From positions 2,368,001-2,432,000 of the forward strand of contig OY762654.1 in the NCBI GenBank assembly GCA_963666205.1: a stretch of 64,000 nt of DNA, in the 5' to 3' direction. A program made the position numbers and the translations under genes. The notes beneath the pieces were generated by a model. That model searched no databases. It was not told the DNA's origin and was given only the letters and a program-made list of their open reading frames with translations. Below, in pieces: positions 28,696 to 38,843 of the stretch. The DNA comes from Synergistales bacterium. GTDB taxonomy: Bacteria; Synergistota; Synergistia; Synergistales; JAFGMB01. Position 1 is the stretch's first letter, and the number at the start of each line of letters is the position of its first letter.

Positions 28696-29760
28696 TCATA
28701 CATTGGTCAGAGTGACCTTTTCGGCCGATATCCTGCCCTGCCGGAAAAGACCGAGGGCAACATCTACAACTTCGGGATCATATCTGATCCCCTTGAAGTT
28801 TTCAAGTTCATTGATCGTATCCTGTATGCTTTTAGCGGCCCTGTAAGGACGGTGAGACCACATAGCTTCCATTACATCCGATACTCCCAGTATTTTGGAT
28901 TCCAGAAGAATTTCCTCTTCCTTTATTCCATGGGGATACCCAGAACCGTCAAGTCTCTCATGATGCTGGAGAATAATTGTATCTATTGGCCAGGGGAAGT
29001 CGATGGGCTGTATTATCTGACATCCGATTACTGGGTGTTCCTTGATCAGGGAGAACTCCGTATCGTTGATCTTCCCGGGTTTATTAAGTATTTCCGATGG
29101 TATATTTATCTTTCCAATATCGTGGATCATCGCGGCCATATATATGGCTTTCTGTACGCAGGGGTCAAGTTCCATGGCTGAAGCTATGGATGTGGCAATG
29201 TGGGCAGTTCTCTGCTGATGTCCTGCGGTGTAGGGATCCTTTGTCTCTACAGTATTGGCAAGGACTTGTATGGTCTGTTCCAACAGTCTCTCTACACCCT
29301 CCAGGCTTTCTCTAAGTTCTATGGTTCTTTCCTGGACAAGTTTTTCAAGGATGTCCCTTTCATGACGGAGTTTGTCCTCAGATTTTTTTATCCTGAGCAT
29401 AGCCTGAACCTGGGCTATCAGTTCTCCCTCATCTATAGGTTTTGCCATAAAGGCATCTGCTCCGGCCTCGAGTCCCATCTTGCGGTTTGCCGGACTATTG
29501 GAAATTGCTGTAAGAAGGATTATCGGGACATGCCTGGTAAGCGGATCTGACCTGAGCCTTTGACAGGTTTCGAAACCATCCATCCTTGGCATTTTGATAT
29601 CAAGAAGGATCGTATCAGGACAGTCTCTCCTGGCCTTTTCGATTCCCTCTGGTCCTGAACTTGCTGTTGTTACGCTGCAGCCTGGAAGGAATGTCTTGAG
29701 CATTGCCTGAATGACAACCAGATTATCTTCTCTGTCGTCTATGGCCAATATTTTAATCAC
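28696..29760 (-). CDS. Response regulator with HD-GYP c-di-GMP phosphodiesterase domain (RpfG-like)
   Basis: REC domain (KILAIDD, LLDIKMP, KP) plus IHDIGK and HHERLDGSGYP; likely GTG start at 29760 after an AGAGGTGG RBS. Confidence 0.92.
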   Translation of the reverse strand: MIKILAIDDREDNLVVIQAMLKTFLPGCSVTTASSGPEGIEKARRDCPDTILLDIKMPRMDGFETCQRLRSDPLTRHVPIILLTAISNSPANRKMGLEAGADAFMAKPIDEGELIAQVQAMLRIKKSEDKLRHERDILEKLVQERTIELRESLEGVERLLEQTIQVLANTVETKDPYTAGHQQRTAHIATSIASAMELDPCVQKAIYMAAMIHDIGKINIPSEILNKPGKINDTEFSLIKEHPVIGCQIIQPIDFPWPIDTIILQHHERLDGSGYPHGIKEEEILLESKILGVSDVMEAMWSHRPYRAAKSIQDTINELENFKGIRYDPEVVDVALGLFRQGRISAEKVTLTNV

Positions 29761-29791
29761 TGTGAGTCCACCTCTTTCCCCGGCAGGATCG

Positions 29792-32700
29792 TCATTGTCC
29801 CATCCAGAATGAAACCTTCTCTTCCAGTATGTCCTGGTCGATGGGTTTTGAAATATAATCGTCACATCCGGAAGCCAGAGCCCGTTCCCTTTCGCCTCTC
29901 ATAGCTCTGGCTGTTACTGCTATTACCGGGATCCTTTTTGTCCCGCTGTTTTCCTTTATTCTTCTTGCTACTTCATATCCATCCATTTTGGGCAAAGATA
30001 TGTCCAGAAGGATAAGGTCCGGTTCCCTGCTCAGGGCCATACTCAGACCTTGTTCTCCGTCGGAAGCCTCAAAGAAATCGAAATCATGTCCAAGAAGAGT
30101 CTTGAGGGTAAAGAGGTTATCCGGGTTATCCTCAACGATAAGGATACTCGGAGTGCCTCTGTCTGCTTCCTGTCTCTTCGGGTCAATGGGCAGATCCATA
30201 CCCTGACCAGGATCATTCAGTGGACCGGATTTCCAGGGAGAGCCCTCAAAGACCATCCTTGCCATCTGCAGGAGCCCCTCTTTATCAAGATCTCCCTTGT
30301 GAATAAGTTGCTGGATATTATCAGCGCTCAATCTTTCAAAATCTTCAGAGTTAAGGTCCTTTGCAGTCAGGACAAGAACTGGTATATGTTGTGTTTCCTT
30401 ATTCCTTCTTATCTGGTGCAGTACGTGAAAACCGTCCATTCCAGGCATCATAAGGTCCAGGATGATCCCGTCCGGAATATGTTCCTCCAGGTAGGAGAGA
30501 GCTTCTTCTCCCCCCGTTACTGATTCCACGTTGAAGCCTTCTTTCTCCAGAACCATTCTCACCTGAAGTGCTGCGATCTCGTTATCTTCTACAAGAAGAA
30601 TATTTTTTGAGGCTTGATGGGTAAGGGAAACCCCATTGCGTTCCGTCTTCTCAATTGAGTGGATCATCCTTTTCAGTTTCCTTCCCAATTCAAATGGGGA
30701 ATCCTCGCTTTTTTGAAGGATATTGATCACGTTGCCTGATAGACGTTTCTTCTCTTCCGCAGTGAGTTCCTTTGCTGTAACGATGATCACAGGTATATCA
30801 GATGTTTTGGGGTTAGCCCTGATATTATTCAGAACTTCAAATCCATTCATCTCAGGCATTACAAGGTCGAGAATAAGTATGTCCGGACTGTATTCCTTCA
30901 GCATGGAAAGACATTCTTTCCCATTGGAAAGGGCATAGGTGCTGAAGCCTTCTTTAAGAAGGGATTCGGCCATGCTGGTTCGATCCAGGTCACTGTCGTC
31001 GACTATCATTATTTTTCTGGAATTCTTGTTCCCTATATTGTCTATTTCATTGAGGAGTCTTTTTTCATCAACCGGTTTGGTCAGAAAACTTACCGCTCCC
31101 AAGGCCACCCCCGTTTCTCTTTCATCTGAAACTGAGATAATTATTACGGGAATATCTCTTGTCCTTGGATCTTCTTTAAGGTTCTGAAGCACTTCCCAGC
31201 CATCCATATCAGGCATAATGAGATCGAGAGTTATTGCGAAGGGCTGATAGAGGTAAGCCATTTTAAGGGCCTTTTCGCCAGAATCAGCATGTGCCACTTC
31301 ATAACCCTCACGTGAAAGATATTCCGAAATGATGCTTCTTGCCTTGAAGTCATCATCCACAACGAGGATCTTTTTACCTTTATTTGGATTGATCTTTTTC
31401 AATTTCCTCTGGTTGAATCTCAGCCTGTTTACGACTTTTCCCTGTCCGGACCATTTTAGTGGTAAAACAATGGTGAATCGGGAACCCATACCTTCTTTAC
31501 TTTCAGCCATTATATGGCCTCCGAGCATGTCTGCTGTTTTTTTACAGATGGCAAGGCCTAGCCCGGTTCCCTCGAATTGTCTCGAAGAAGTCCCGTCTGC
31601 CTGTCTGAATTCATCAAAAACAAAGGGAAGTTCATTTGCAGGTATGCCAACTCCCGTATCCTCCACTGCGATAAAGATCTTATCTTCTTCCGAGAAAGCG
31701 GTTATAGAAACACTTCCTTCGTTTGTGAACTTTACAGCATTGCCAATAATATTTAAAAGGATCTTGTTGACCTTTTCCTCATCACTTTCAATATCTGGGA
31801 GGTCTTCAGGCACTATCAACTTAAGGTCCACATCTTTTTCAGCGACGAGAGGTATCATGCTCTCGGAAATCTCCTCTATACACATCCGGATCGAGAATAT
31901 CTCGGGTGAGATCTCCACTTTCCCTGCCTCGATCTTTGAAAGATCCAGAATGTCGTTAATAAGGTTCAGGAGCTGTCTTCCGTTTCTCTCTATTATTTCA
32001 AGGTATTTAGCTTCATCTGAAGTGAGTTTCTCAATAGTCTGACTTTTCATTACCCTGGACAGCGCAAGGATCGAATTCAGAGGTGTCCTCAATTCATGGC
32101 TCATATTTGAAAGGAACTCGCTCTTGAGCCGGTTTGCCTCCTCAACCTGTTTCCGCTGGTATTCCAGTTCTATGTTCTGTTCCAGAAGTTCTTCCGATTG
32201 GGATCTCAACTCGTTTGACTGGGCCCTGAGTTTTTCGGATTGAGATCTGAGTTCCGTATTTTTCTGAGAAAGTTCTCGGGCCAGAAGGTTTGTTTTCTCG
32301 TGGTTGATTATGTTTGAAAAAGAAGTATTTATACTGCTCCAGGACAGATTCACAACGTTTTTATGTTCCTGGGAATAGGGCCATACACTGGCAAGGGCTA
32401 TGATAGCCTTGACTTCCTTGTCCAGCAGAAGGGGAATGCTTATTATCTCTCTTGGTGGAACGACTCCTGCCGCAGTTTTGAACCTGAACATGCTGCTTTG
32501 GGGTATCTCCTTTATAAAAGCGATATTCTTCCGCATAAAAGAAGTTCCGAACTGGTATTCTATGTCTTCTGCTGCAATAGGTTTATCCCTTGCTTCCGGG
32601 TTCATTCCCATGGAGGCAATATTTTTGAAGGATTTACCGTCTCCTGTTTTAAGATAGAAGGCACCGATCCCGGATTCTGTTACGTCTACAAGTTTTCTTA

Positions 32701-33889
32701 TGAGAATATCTGCGAATTGAACTGTCCCTTCATGGGTAACGGCAGTGCTTACTATTCCGGTTATTCCATCCTGTATCCTTATCAGGGATAAAAGTGAATC
32801 AGCCATGGTGTTGATAGTCCGGCCAAGAATACCAAGTTCATCAGCCCTGTCAATGTTATTTCTTGCCGTAAGTTCACCATTATCAATTTTTCTGGCTATT
32901 TCTGTTATCTTACCGATGGGTTTTGATATACTCCTGGAAATGATAATGGCAAGGGCGCAAGTTCCACTTACAGAGAAAGAAAAAATGATAAGGATCAGAT
33001 GTAGCATTGAATAAATGGGGGTGTAAACTTCTATGAGATCCTGTTTTGCCACGAGTCCCCATCTGGTACGAGGCAGAAAAGTATACGACGAAAGGACTTC
33101 CTCTCCTCGATAGTCATTTTCCCTGATATTACCTGTAGAGCCCTCTTGTGCGCTTTTCACAGAAAGGGTGTTTATCTTAAGTTTAAGGGGAGCATCATCT
33201 GCCCATAAAAGGGGATTCAGAACTGTTCCGTCTTTATCTACAATAAGTATCTCTCCGGAATTACCGAGACCAGGCCTCCTCAGAAGATCGCTGAAAACGG
33301 TGGTTTCCAGATCTATGATACCTGTTATAAGACCATAAGGCTTTTCCATGCCTTCTTCGTGAAGGGGGTGGATCAGGGCCATTACCAGTTTGCCTTCCCG
33401 ATCTTTGTAGACATCAGAAAAAATATCTTTAAATCCCTTCATTGCCATTGACGTAAAGGTTGTAAGATTGGATGGAAGAGTTCCTGTATCCCTATGGGAG
33501 GAAATAAATGTTCCCTCCTCCCCGGAAAGATAAATTTCACTGAAATAATCAGATCGTGAAACCATATCAGACAGGATACCTTCCATCTGCCCTGTCTCCG
33601 AAAGGTTTCTCCTGTTTTTCAACAGCAGGTAGGTTCCCATATCCTTTTTCTCATTGACATTCCCTGCTATGTAAGTCATGTGCTGTGAAATATGGTCCAG
33701 CCAGTTAGCAAGCTGGTTTTTCTGCATATCTCTTACGCCTGCAAGTTTGCTGAAAGCATCCACCCGTATAGATCTCATTCTCTGATCGTAGGTCAATCCC
33801 GTCATTACAATAAGTGGCAGCAGAGAAACTATAACAAACCAGAAGAGCAGCAGGTTGTTTATACTCCTGAACCTTATACGGTTGAACAT
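29792..33889 (-). CDS. Hybrid sensor histidine kinase: TM-Cache-TM-HAMP-GAF-like-HisKA-HATPase-4xREC
   Basis: FLSNMSHELRTPLN, NIIGNAVKFT, DTGVGI, GTGLGL; receivers begin at KILVVDDD, KIMIVDDS, NILLVEDN and SILIVEDN. Confidence 0.93.
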   Translation of the reverse strand: MFNRIRFRSINNLLLFWFVIVSLLPLIVMTGLTYDQRMRSIRVDAFSKLAGVRDMQKNQLANWLDHISQHMTYIAGNVNEKKDMGTYLLLKNRRNLSETGQMEGILSDMVSRSDYFSEIYLSGEEGTFISSHRDTGTLPSNLTTFTSMAMKGFKDIFSDVYKDREGKLVMALIHPLHEEGMEKPYGLITGIIDLETTVFSDLLRRPGLGNSGEILIVDKDGTVLNPLLWADDAPLKLKINTLSVKSAQEGSTGNIRENDYRGEEVLSSYTFLPRTRWGLVAKQDLIEVYTPIYSMLHLILIIFSFSVSGTCALAIIISRSISKPIGKITEIARKIDNGELTARNNIDRADELGILGRTINTMADSLLSLIRIQDGITGIVSTAVTHEGTVQFADILIRKLVDVTESGIGAFYLKTGDGKSFKNIASMGMNPEARDKPIAAEDIEYQFGTSFMRKNIAFIKEIPQSSMFRFKTAAGVVPPREIISIPLLLDKEVKAIIALASVWPYSQEHKNVVNLSWSSINTSFSNIINHEKTNLLARELSQKNTELRSQSEKLRAQSNELRSQSEELLEQNIELEYQRKQVEEANRLKSEFLSNMSHELRTPLNSILALSRVMKSQTIEKLTSDEAKYLEIIERNGRQLLNLINDILDLSKIEAGKVEISPEIFSIRMCIEEISESMIPLVAEKDVDLKLIVPEDLPDIESDEEKVNKILLNIIGNAVKFTNEGSVSITAFSEEDKIFIAVEDTGVGIPANELPFVFDEFRQADGTSSRQFEGTGLGLAICKKTADMLGGHIMAESKEGMGSRFTIVLPLKWSGQGKVVNRLRFNQRKLKKINPNKGKKILVVDDDFKARSIISEYLSREGYEVAHADSGEKALKMAYLYQPFAITLDLIMPDMDGWEVLQNLKEDPRTRDIPVIIISVSDERETGVALGAVSFLTKPVDEKRLLNEIDNIGNKNSRKIMIVDDSDLDRTSMAESLLKEGFSTYALSNGKECLSMLKEYSPDILILDLVMPEMNGFEVLNNIRANPKTSDIPVIIVTAKELTAEEKKRLSGNVINILQKSEDSPFELGRKLKRMIHSIEKTERNGVSLTHQASKNILLVEDNEIAALQVRMVLEKEGFNVESVTGGEEALSYLEEHIPDGIILDLMMPGMDGFHVLHQIRRNKETQHIPVLVLTAKDLNSEDFERLSADNIQQLIHKGDLDKEGLLQMARMVFEGSPWKSGPLNDPGQGMDLPIDPKRQEADRGTPSILIVEDNPDNLFTLKTLLGHDFDFFEASDGEQGLSMALSREPDLILLDISLPKMDGYEVARRIKENSGTKRIPVIAVTARAMRGERERALASGCDDYISKPIDQDILEEKVSFWMGQ

Positions 33890-33928
33890 TTTATTCCCCC
33901 TGGATATTTAACTTATGGATCGGGAATA

Positions 33929-34777
33929 CTAGTAAAGCTTCCTGTATATTCTGCATGAACCCAGAACCTGTTCAAATTTCCCCTGAAAAAGTCCGTGAAG
34001 GGATTCTGCCTCGCCAAGAACCAGATATCCTCCTATGGAAAGAGACTTTTCAAAGTTTTTCAGTATTGATATCTGAGTTTCCGGCGACATATATATCAAC
34101 AGATTTCTGCATAAAATAATGTCAAAATGCCTGAATATGCAATCTGTCGGCACCCTTCTCTCCGAAGAAAGAATGTCATGGATCGAAAAACTGACCATTT
34201 GTCTTATCTCGGGCTTTATACAGTACATATTCCCCGAAAAGTTAAAATATCTTTCCACATGACCCAATTGAACGTATTTCAGCCGTTCGGGAGGATAGCA
34301 TCCATGTTCTGCTGTCCTGAGGGCTTCAGGGTCGATGTCAGTAGCAAAAATACTCCCGGTGAGGGGAGGCAGTCCCCTTTGAGGGAGATCTTTCAGAAGG
34401 ATGGCCATGGAATAGGGTTCCTCTCCGGTAGCACATCCACAGGACCAGATGCTGATGTTCTCCGAACCAGTATCACGCCCTCTCAGTCCAAGACCTGGAA
34501 GGATTTCGCTGGCCATATGGTCAAAAACAACTGGATCTCTGAAAAAACAGCTTACATTGACGGTTATAGCGTCTAACAACAGGTCTCTTTCAAACGGATC
34601 ATAATTGAGATAATCCAGATAATCATTGTAATTACCAAAGCCGAGATCTTTGAATCTGTCATTTATTCTCTTTTCCAGGGAAGCCTGTCTGTATCCTGAA
34701 AAATCAATACCCTTTTCCCTCTTGAGGAGATCCAGAATTGATCTTATCAAATTTTTATTTTCTAAAGACTGATCCAT
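33929..34777 (-). CDS. cheR: CheR-family protein-glutamate methyltransferase
   Basis: GIDFSGY, TVNVSCFFRD, WSCGCATGEEPYS, ATDID, CRNLLIY, LGEAES. Confidence 0.92.
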   Translation of the reverse strand: MDQSLENKNLIRSILDLLKREKGIDFSGYRQASLEKRINDRFKDLGFGNYNDYLDYLNYDPFERDLLLDAITVNVSCFFRDPVVFDHMASEILPGLGLRGRDTGSENISIWSCGCATGEEPYSMAILLKDLPQRGLPPLTGSIFATDIDPEALRTAEHGCYPPERLKYVQLGHVERYFNFSGNMYCIKPEIRQMVSFSIHDILSSERRVPTDCIFRHFDIILCRNLLIYMSPETQISILKNFEKSLSIGGYLVLGEAESLHGLFQGKFEQVLGSCRIYRKLY

Positions 34778-34871
34778 ATTCGGTTCCCATAATATCCTCT
34801 TGAATATATTTTCAGGGTCTGCTCTTGTAACATGGAATAAACAGAAGTCTCAGGTCTTGCATTGTCATAAT

Positions 34872-37382
34872 TCACATGTCTCTTTTAAGATAGGTCAGCC
34901 TCGTCCTGTTCCGGAGCAGAGCTGCCATTTCCTCTCCTGAAAGAGGAGGTGTACAGTAATATCCCTGGTAATAATTGCAGCCCAGGGATGTTATGGTCTG
35001 GAGGTCTTCTGCAGTTTCCACACCTTCTGCAACGATCTTCATATCCAAAGTATGGGCCAGATCAGATATCCCCTTAACGATCTTCAGGCTCTTGGAGTGT
35101 TCAGCCATGTTGGATACGAAGGATCTGTCTATCTTCAGGATGTCAAAGGGGAAATAATGAAGAAAACTCAGGCTTGAATAGCCTGTGCCGAAATCATCTA
35201 TGGCTATTCTTACGCCTTTTTCCTTTAGTTTGGAAAGGATCTCGACCGCGACGGAAGGATTTGTAATGATAAGGGACTCCGTGATCTCCATTACGATATT
35301 CGACGGAGATACTCCCGAAGATTCAATTCCCTGGACTATGTCTGAGTAGATGTCGTGATCCGTGAAGAGGGGAGCGGACATATTAATGGACATAAAGAAA
35401 TCTTCATTCGGGAAAGCCTTGTTCCATTCTGCGAGCTGGTAAAGTGCTTTTTCCAGTACGATCTTCCCGAGGGGCAGGATGAGTCCCGTCTCCTCGGCAA
35501 GGGAAATAAACTCCCCAGGCATTGTCACCTGTCCGTCCTTTCTATGCCAGCGGGCCAGGGCCTCGAATCCGACAAATCTGTTATCAGTTGTGGAGATTAC
35601 GGGCTGGAAATATACATGGATCCGCTTCTCCTCGATGGCCTGTCTGAGTTCTGTTTCCATGATAAGCATATTGTTCTTGCCTTCCATGAGAGAAGCATTA
35701 TAAACAGCATGGTTTCCCCTGCCTCTGGCCTTGGCCGCGTACATTGCCCTGTCTGCATTGGCCAGAAATTGAGAAGCGCTTTTACCCCCATTATTACTGT
35801 TAACTATACCGATACTTCCTGAAACGTATATCTGTCTGCCTTCGATATTGACAGGCCTGGATATTCCTTCAAGGATCCTCTTTGCGACAATTTCCGCGGC
35901 TGATGGTTTCCCCTTGTTATCAAGGATAATGACGAACTCGTCTCCCCCGAATCTGGAAACCAGGTCAAAGGGTCTGGTCAGGTTGACCAGTCTCTGGGCT
36001 ACAACTTTAAGTACTTCGTCACCTGTTCCGTGACCGAGGTTGTCATTTATGTTCTTGAAGCGATCCAGGTCCAGAAAGAGTACATCGAAACTGCCGTTAT
36101 TATCATGAAGACATCTTTTCAATGCCTTTTCAAGTTTGGATATCATAAGAGTCCTGTTCGGAAGTCCTGTAAGTGCATCATGCATGGCATTGTAACGAAG
36201 CTGCTTTTCAAGATACCGGTGTTCCGTTATGTCATGAAAGAGAAAGACAGCCCCCTCCGACAGGTTCTCCGCTTCCCTGAGAGGGGATACTTTCAGGGAA
36301 AAATGGACAACCTTACCCGAGGAAGAAGTAAAAGATATCTCTCTATCTCGAAGTGGTTCGTTATTGAGAAAGTCTTTCCAGTTATTACCCCCACCCCCGT
36401 TTATCATTGCCAGTACACTATCTATGTGCATATTTACAAGTTTTCCTGCGGGACAGTTCAGAAGGGAGGTAAGCGCCTGGTTAACATCCTTTATTACCCC
36501 CTCGGCATCAACAACGATAACCCCGTCGTGCATGCTGTGCAGTATATTCTGAAGATCGTCTCTCGATATGGTCGTTTCTTTTATCGTCATTGCCATATTC
36601 TGCAGGGATCTTGCAAGATCTCCGATCTCGTCCCTATGATCGAAGGGGATATCGATGTTAAATTCTCCCTTCCCGACTTTTTTAATCAGTCCGGAAAGGA
36701 TACTCACAGGTTTGGTTATTCTGTTCGCAACAGCGTAGGAGGAAAGGAGTACGAGCAGGAAAAGGACAGAAGCCACGAGAAACAGAAACCTCAGGTTTGA
36801 AAGAAAAGTTTCCCGGTCCGTTGAAATCAGGACTGAATTAAGGCTTTCCAGTGCTGTATTCACGAACTGGCTGGAACGAATAAGGCAGACACCTCCGGAA
36901 GGTACCCCGCCAAGTCTTATGGGGGCCACGGCATAAAGAAGAGTTCTGTCCTCGTCCCATTGCAGGTTCCTTGTAGTTATATCGCCAATGGAGAAGATGT
37001 CCTTGATATTTTTCCGGGAGGAGGTACTGCCTGAACCATCGGAGATGATATTTCCCTGGTTATCGAAAAGGCATGCATAAACGGTCTCATTATCGTTCCT
37101 TACAGCCTTAAGGCTTTCCCTTATGGAATTTTTGTCCTCTTCTGCCATGTATGTGGAGATATCTCTGGCAATATTTTCTGCCAGAGAATCGCTCTTGTTT
37201 TCAAACTTCTGAAGCAGGGATGACCGTATGACTGCGAAAGTGAGGTTACGTGTATCCTGAAAGGAGTCGCTGAAATTAGAGAACAAAACAGCTGTTACGA
37301 TACAGAAAGTCGTAATTACCAACGCAAGTATAAGGAGAAAATTTCTGTCACGAATTCGCATATTAAGTACCTTCCTTGCCAT
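34872..37382 (-). CDS. Membrane HAMP-PAS-GGDEF-EAL diguanylate cyclase/phosphodiesterase
   Basis: HDALTGLPNR, RPFD I-site plus GGDEF, FEALARW, IDDFGTGYSS, AEGVE. Confidence 0.94.
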   Translation of the reverse strand: MARKVLNMRIRDRNFLLILALVITTFCIVTAVLFSNFSDSFQDTRNLTFAVIRSSLLQKFENKSDSLAENIARDISTYMAEEDKNSIRESLKAVRNDNETVYACLFDNQGNIISDGSGSTSSRKNIKDIFSIGDITTRNLQWDEDRTLLYAVAPIRLGGVPSGGVCLIRSSQFVNTALESLNSVLISTDRETFLSNLRFLFLVASVLFLLVLLSSYAVANRITKPVSILSGLIKKVGKGEFNIDIPFDHRDEIGDLARSLQNMAMTIKETTISRDDLQNILHSMHDGVIVVDAEGVIKDVNQALTSLLNCPAGKLVNMHIDSVLAMINGGGGNNWKDFLNNEPLRDREISFTSSSGKVVHFSLKVSPLREAENLSEGAVFLFHDITEHRYLEKQLRYNAMHDALTGLPNRTLMISKLEKALKRCLHDNNGSFDVLFLDLDRFKNINDNLGHGTGDEVLKVVAQRLVNLTRPFDLVSRFGGDEFVIILDNKGKPSAAEIVAKRILEGISRPVNIEGRQIYVSGSIGIVNSNNGGKSASQFLANADRAMYAAKARGRGNHAVYNASLMEGKNNMLIMETELRQAIEEKRIHVYFQPVISTTDNRFVGFEALARWHRKDGQVTMPGEFISLAEETGLILPLGKIVLEKALYQLAEWNKAFPNEDFFMSINMSAPLFTDHDIYSDIVQGIESSGVSPSNIVMEITESLIITNPSVAVEILSKLKEKGVRIAIDDFGTGYSSLSFLHYFPFDILKIDRSFVSNMAEHSKSLKIVKGISDLAHTLDMKIVAEGVETAEDLQTITSLGCNYYQGYYCTPPLSGEEMAALLRNRTRLTYLKRDM

Positions 37383-37529
37383 GATGGTAGACTGTTTGGG
37401 TAAGGAATATATCAGCTCGACGATTCTTGCATTAATATATGTAAAAGAATACTATTCTTCTAAAAATCATATTACTTCAACTCAGGTTAAAAAACAAGTA
37501 ACAGTCAGCTTTTCTGGAGGTCTGGTACA

Positions 37530-38843
37530 TTGGACGAGGAAGATGGAGAAATGGATGATCTGACTGCTGTACTGAATCTTATCAGAGGTATCTCATATTC
37601 AGGTAAACCGGCGTGGCTGGTCGGAGGAGCGGTAAGGGACATTGTACTTGGAACGCTTCCTGCTGACTGGGATATTGTAATAAAAACGGATCTGGAAGGA
37701 ATAAAGGTTATCTTTCCTGATGCCGTATGTGTGGGCAGGAATAGAAAGCCTGTCTGCCATACCAGTTTTCATGGTCTGAAACTTGAGATCTTACCTCTTC
37801 ATGGAGAGGATATTCTTTCAGACCTGGCTGTAAGGGATTTTACGATTAATGCCATGGCTATGGATTTCGAGGGAGAACTTATTGACCCCTTTGGCGGTTC
37901 CAGGGATCTGGAAAAGGCTGTTCTTCGTTTCACGGGAGATGCTTCAGAAAGGATAGAGGAGGATCCGGTACGGATTTTGCGTATGTGCCGGTTTGCATCA
38001 TCTCTAAAACTTTTTATTCCCGGATCAGATCTTATTGCAGCAAGGAAGGACGCACATCGCATTCGGTCCGTTCATTTGGAAAGGGTGGGGATGGAAGTCC
38101 TCAAGGGAATCAAGGGAAGATGTGCGGCATTTCTGGCACTTGTTGATAGTTCAGGTCTTACCGTGGATCTTTTCCCTTTTCTGGAGAAGGTAAGATATAT
38201 ACCCGCTTCGGGGGACAATAATTCTGAAACCGGAGGAAACTTCCATCACATTTTGAGGATGATGTCATTTATTCAAAAGGGAGAATATCCTGGTGAATTC
38301 TCTCCCTGGGTTCTCTTTCTGCCCTTTTTTTCAGGTAAAAAAGACAAAAAAGAAGCCGCCAGAATGGCTCGCGACCTTATGGTCCGATGGGGGTGGCCTC
38401 TATCGATCAGAGAAGAAGTTATTTTTTATGCCGGGCATATATGCTCCCTTTTCCAGCCTCTGGATGGAAAAGGCCTCTACCGGATCTATAAAGATATGCA
38501 GAGGAGGGGAAGGGTGGATCTATTCCTGGCAGCCAGGCTCTTTCTGGATGCTCTTCCGAAAAGTACTGGTTGTTTTTACATTCCCGGCATGAACAGTAAC
38601 CGGATCAATATGAAAAAAATATTTCCCTTGCTCAACTGTAAGGAGATCTTTCTTTCATGTGGAGATATTTCAAGGATATTCTCTATTCCGGAAGGTCCTT
38701 TGCTGGGAAAACTTCGACAGGATCTGGCCTTCAGCATATCGGAAGGTAAGATCAAGACCAGGGATGAAGCCCTGGTCTTGATCGAAGAACAGATAAAAAA
38801 GACAGGCTCAAGAAATATTAAGGGCTGCTGGACGGGTTTCTGA
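37530..38843 (+). CDS. Class II tRNA nucleotidyltransferase (CCA/CC-adding family)
   Basis: LVGGAVRD..ADWDIV, DLAVRDFTINAMA, IDPFGG, EEDPVRILRMCRFA, ERVGME. Confidence 0.88.
   Translation: MDEEDGEMDDLTAVLNLIRGISYSGKPAWLVGGAVRDIVLGTLPADWDIVIKTDLEGIKVIFPDAVCVGRNRKPVCHTSFHGLKLEILPLHGEDILSDLAVRDFTINAMAMDFEGELIDPFGGSRDLEKAVLRFTGDASERIEEDPVRILRMCRFASSLKLFIPGSDLIAARKDAHRIRSVHLERVGMEVLKGIKGRCAAFLALVDSSGLTVDLFPFLEKVRYIPASGDNNSETGGNFHHILRMMSFIQKGEYPGEFSPWVLFLPFFSGKKDKKEAARMARDLMVRWGWPLSIREEVIFYAGHICSLFQPLDGKGLYRIYKDMQRRGRVDLFLAARLFLDALPKSTGCFYIPGMNSNRINMKKIFPLLNCKEIFLSCGDISRIFSIPEGPLLGKLRQDLAFSISEGKIKTRDEALVLIEEQIKKTGSRNIKGCWTGF

Noticed and set aside
29761-29865. Extended N-terminus of the HD-GYP ORF (and similar extensions at 7544, 45450, 50393 and 54222)
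   Set aside because: The extensions overlap neighbouring genes or lack homology; downstream starts fit the RBS and domain boundaries better.
23186-36800. Long antisense ORFs (23186..23905, 31329..32042, 36030..36800)
   Set aside because: They lie fully opposite well-supported genes and have no motifs; typical antisense shadows.
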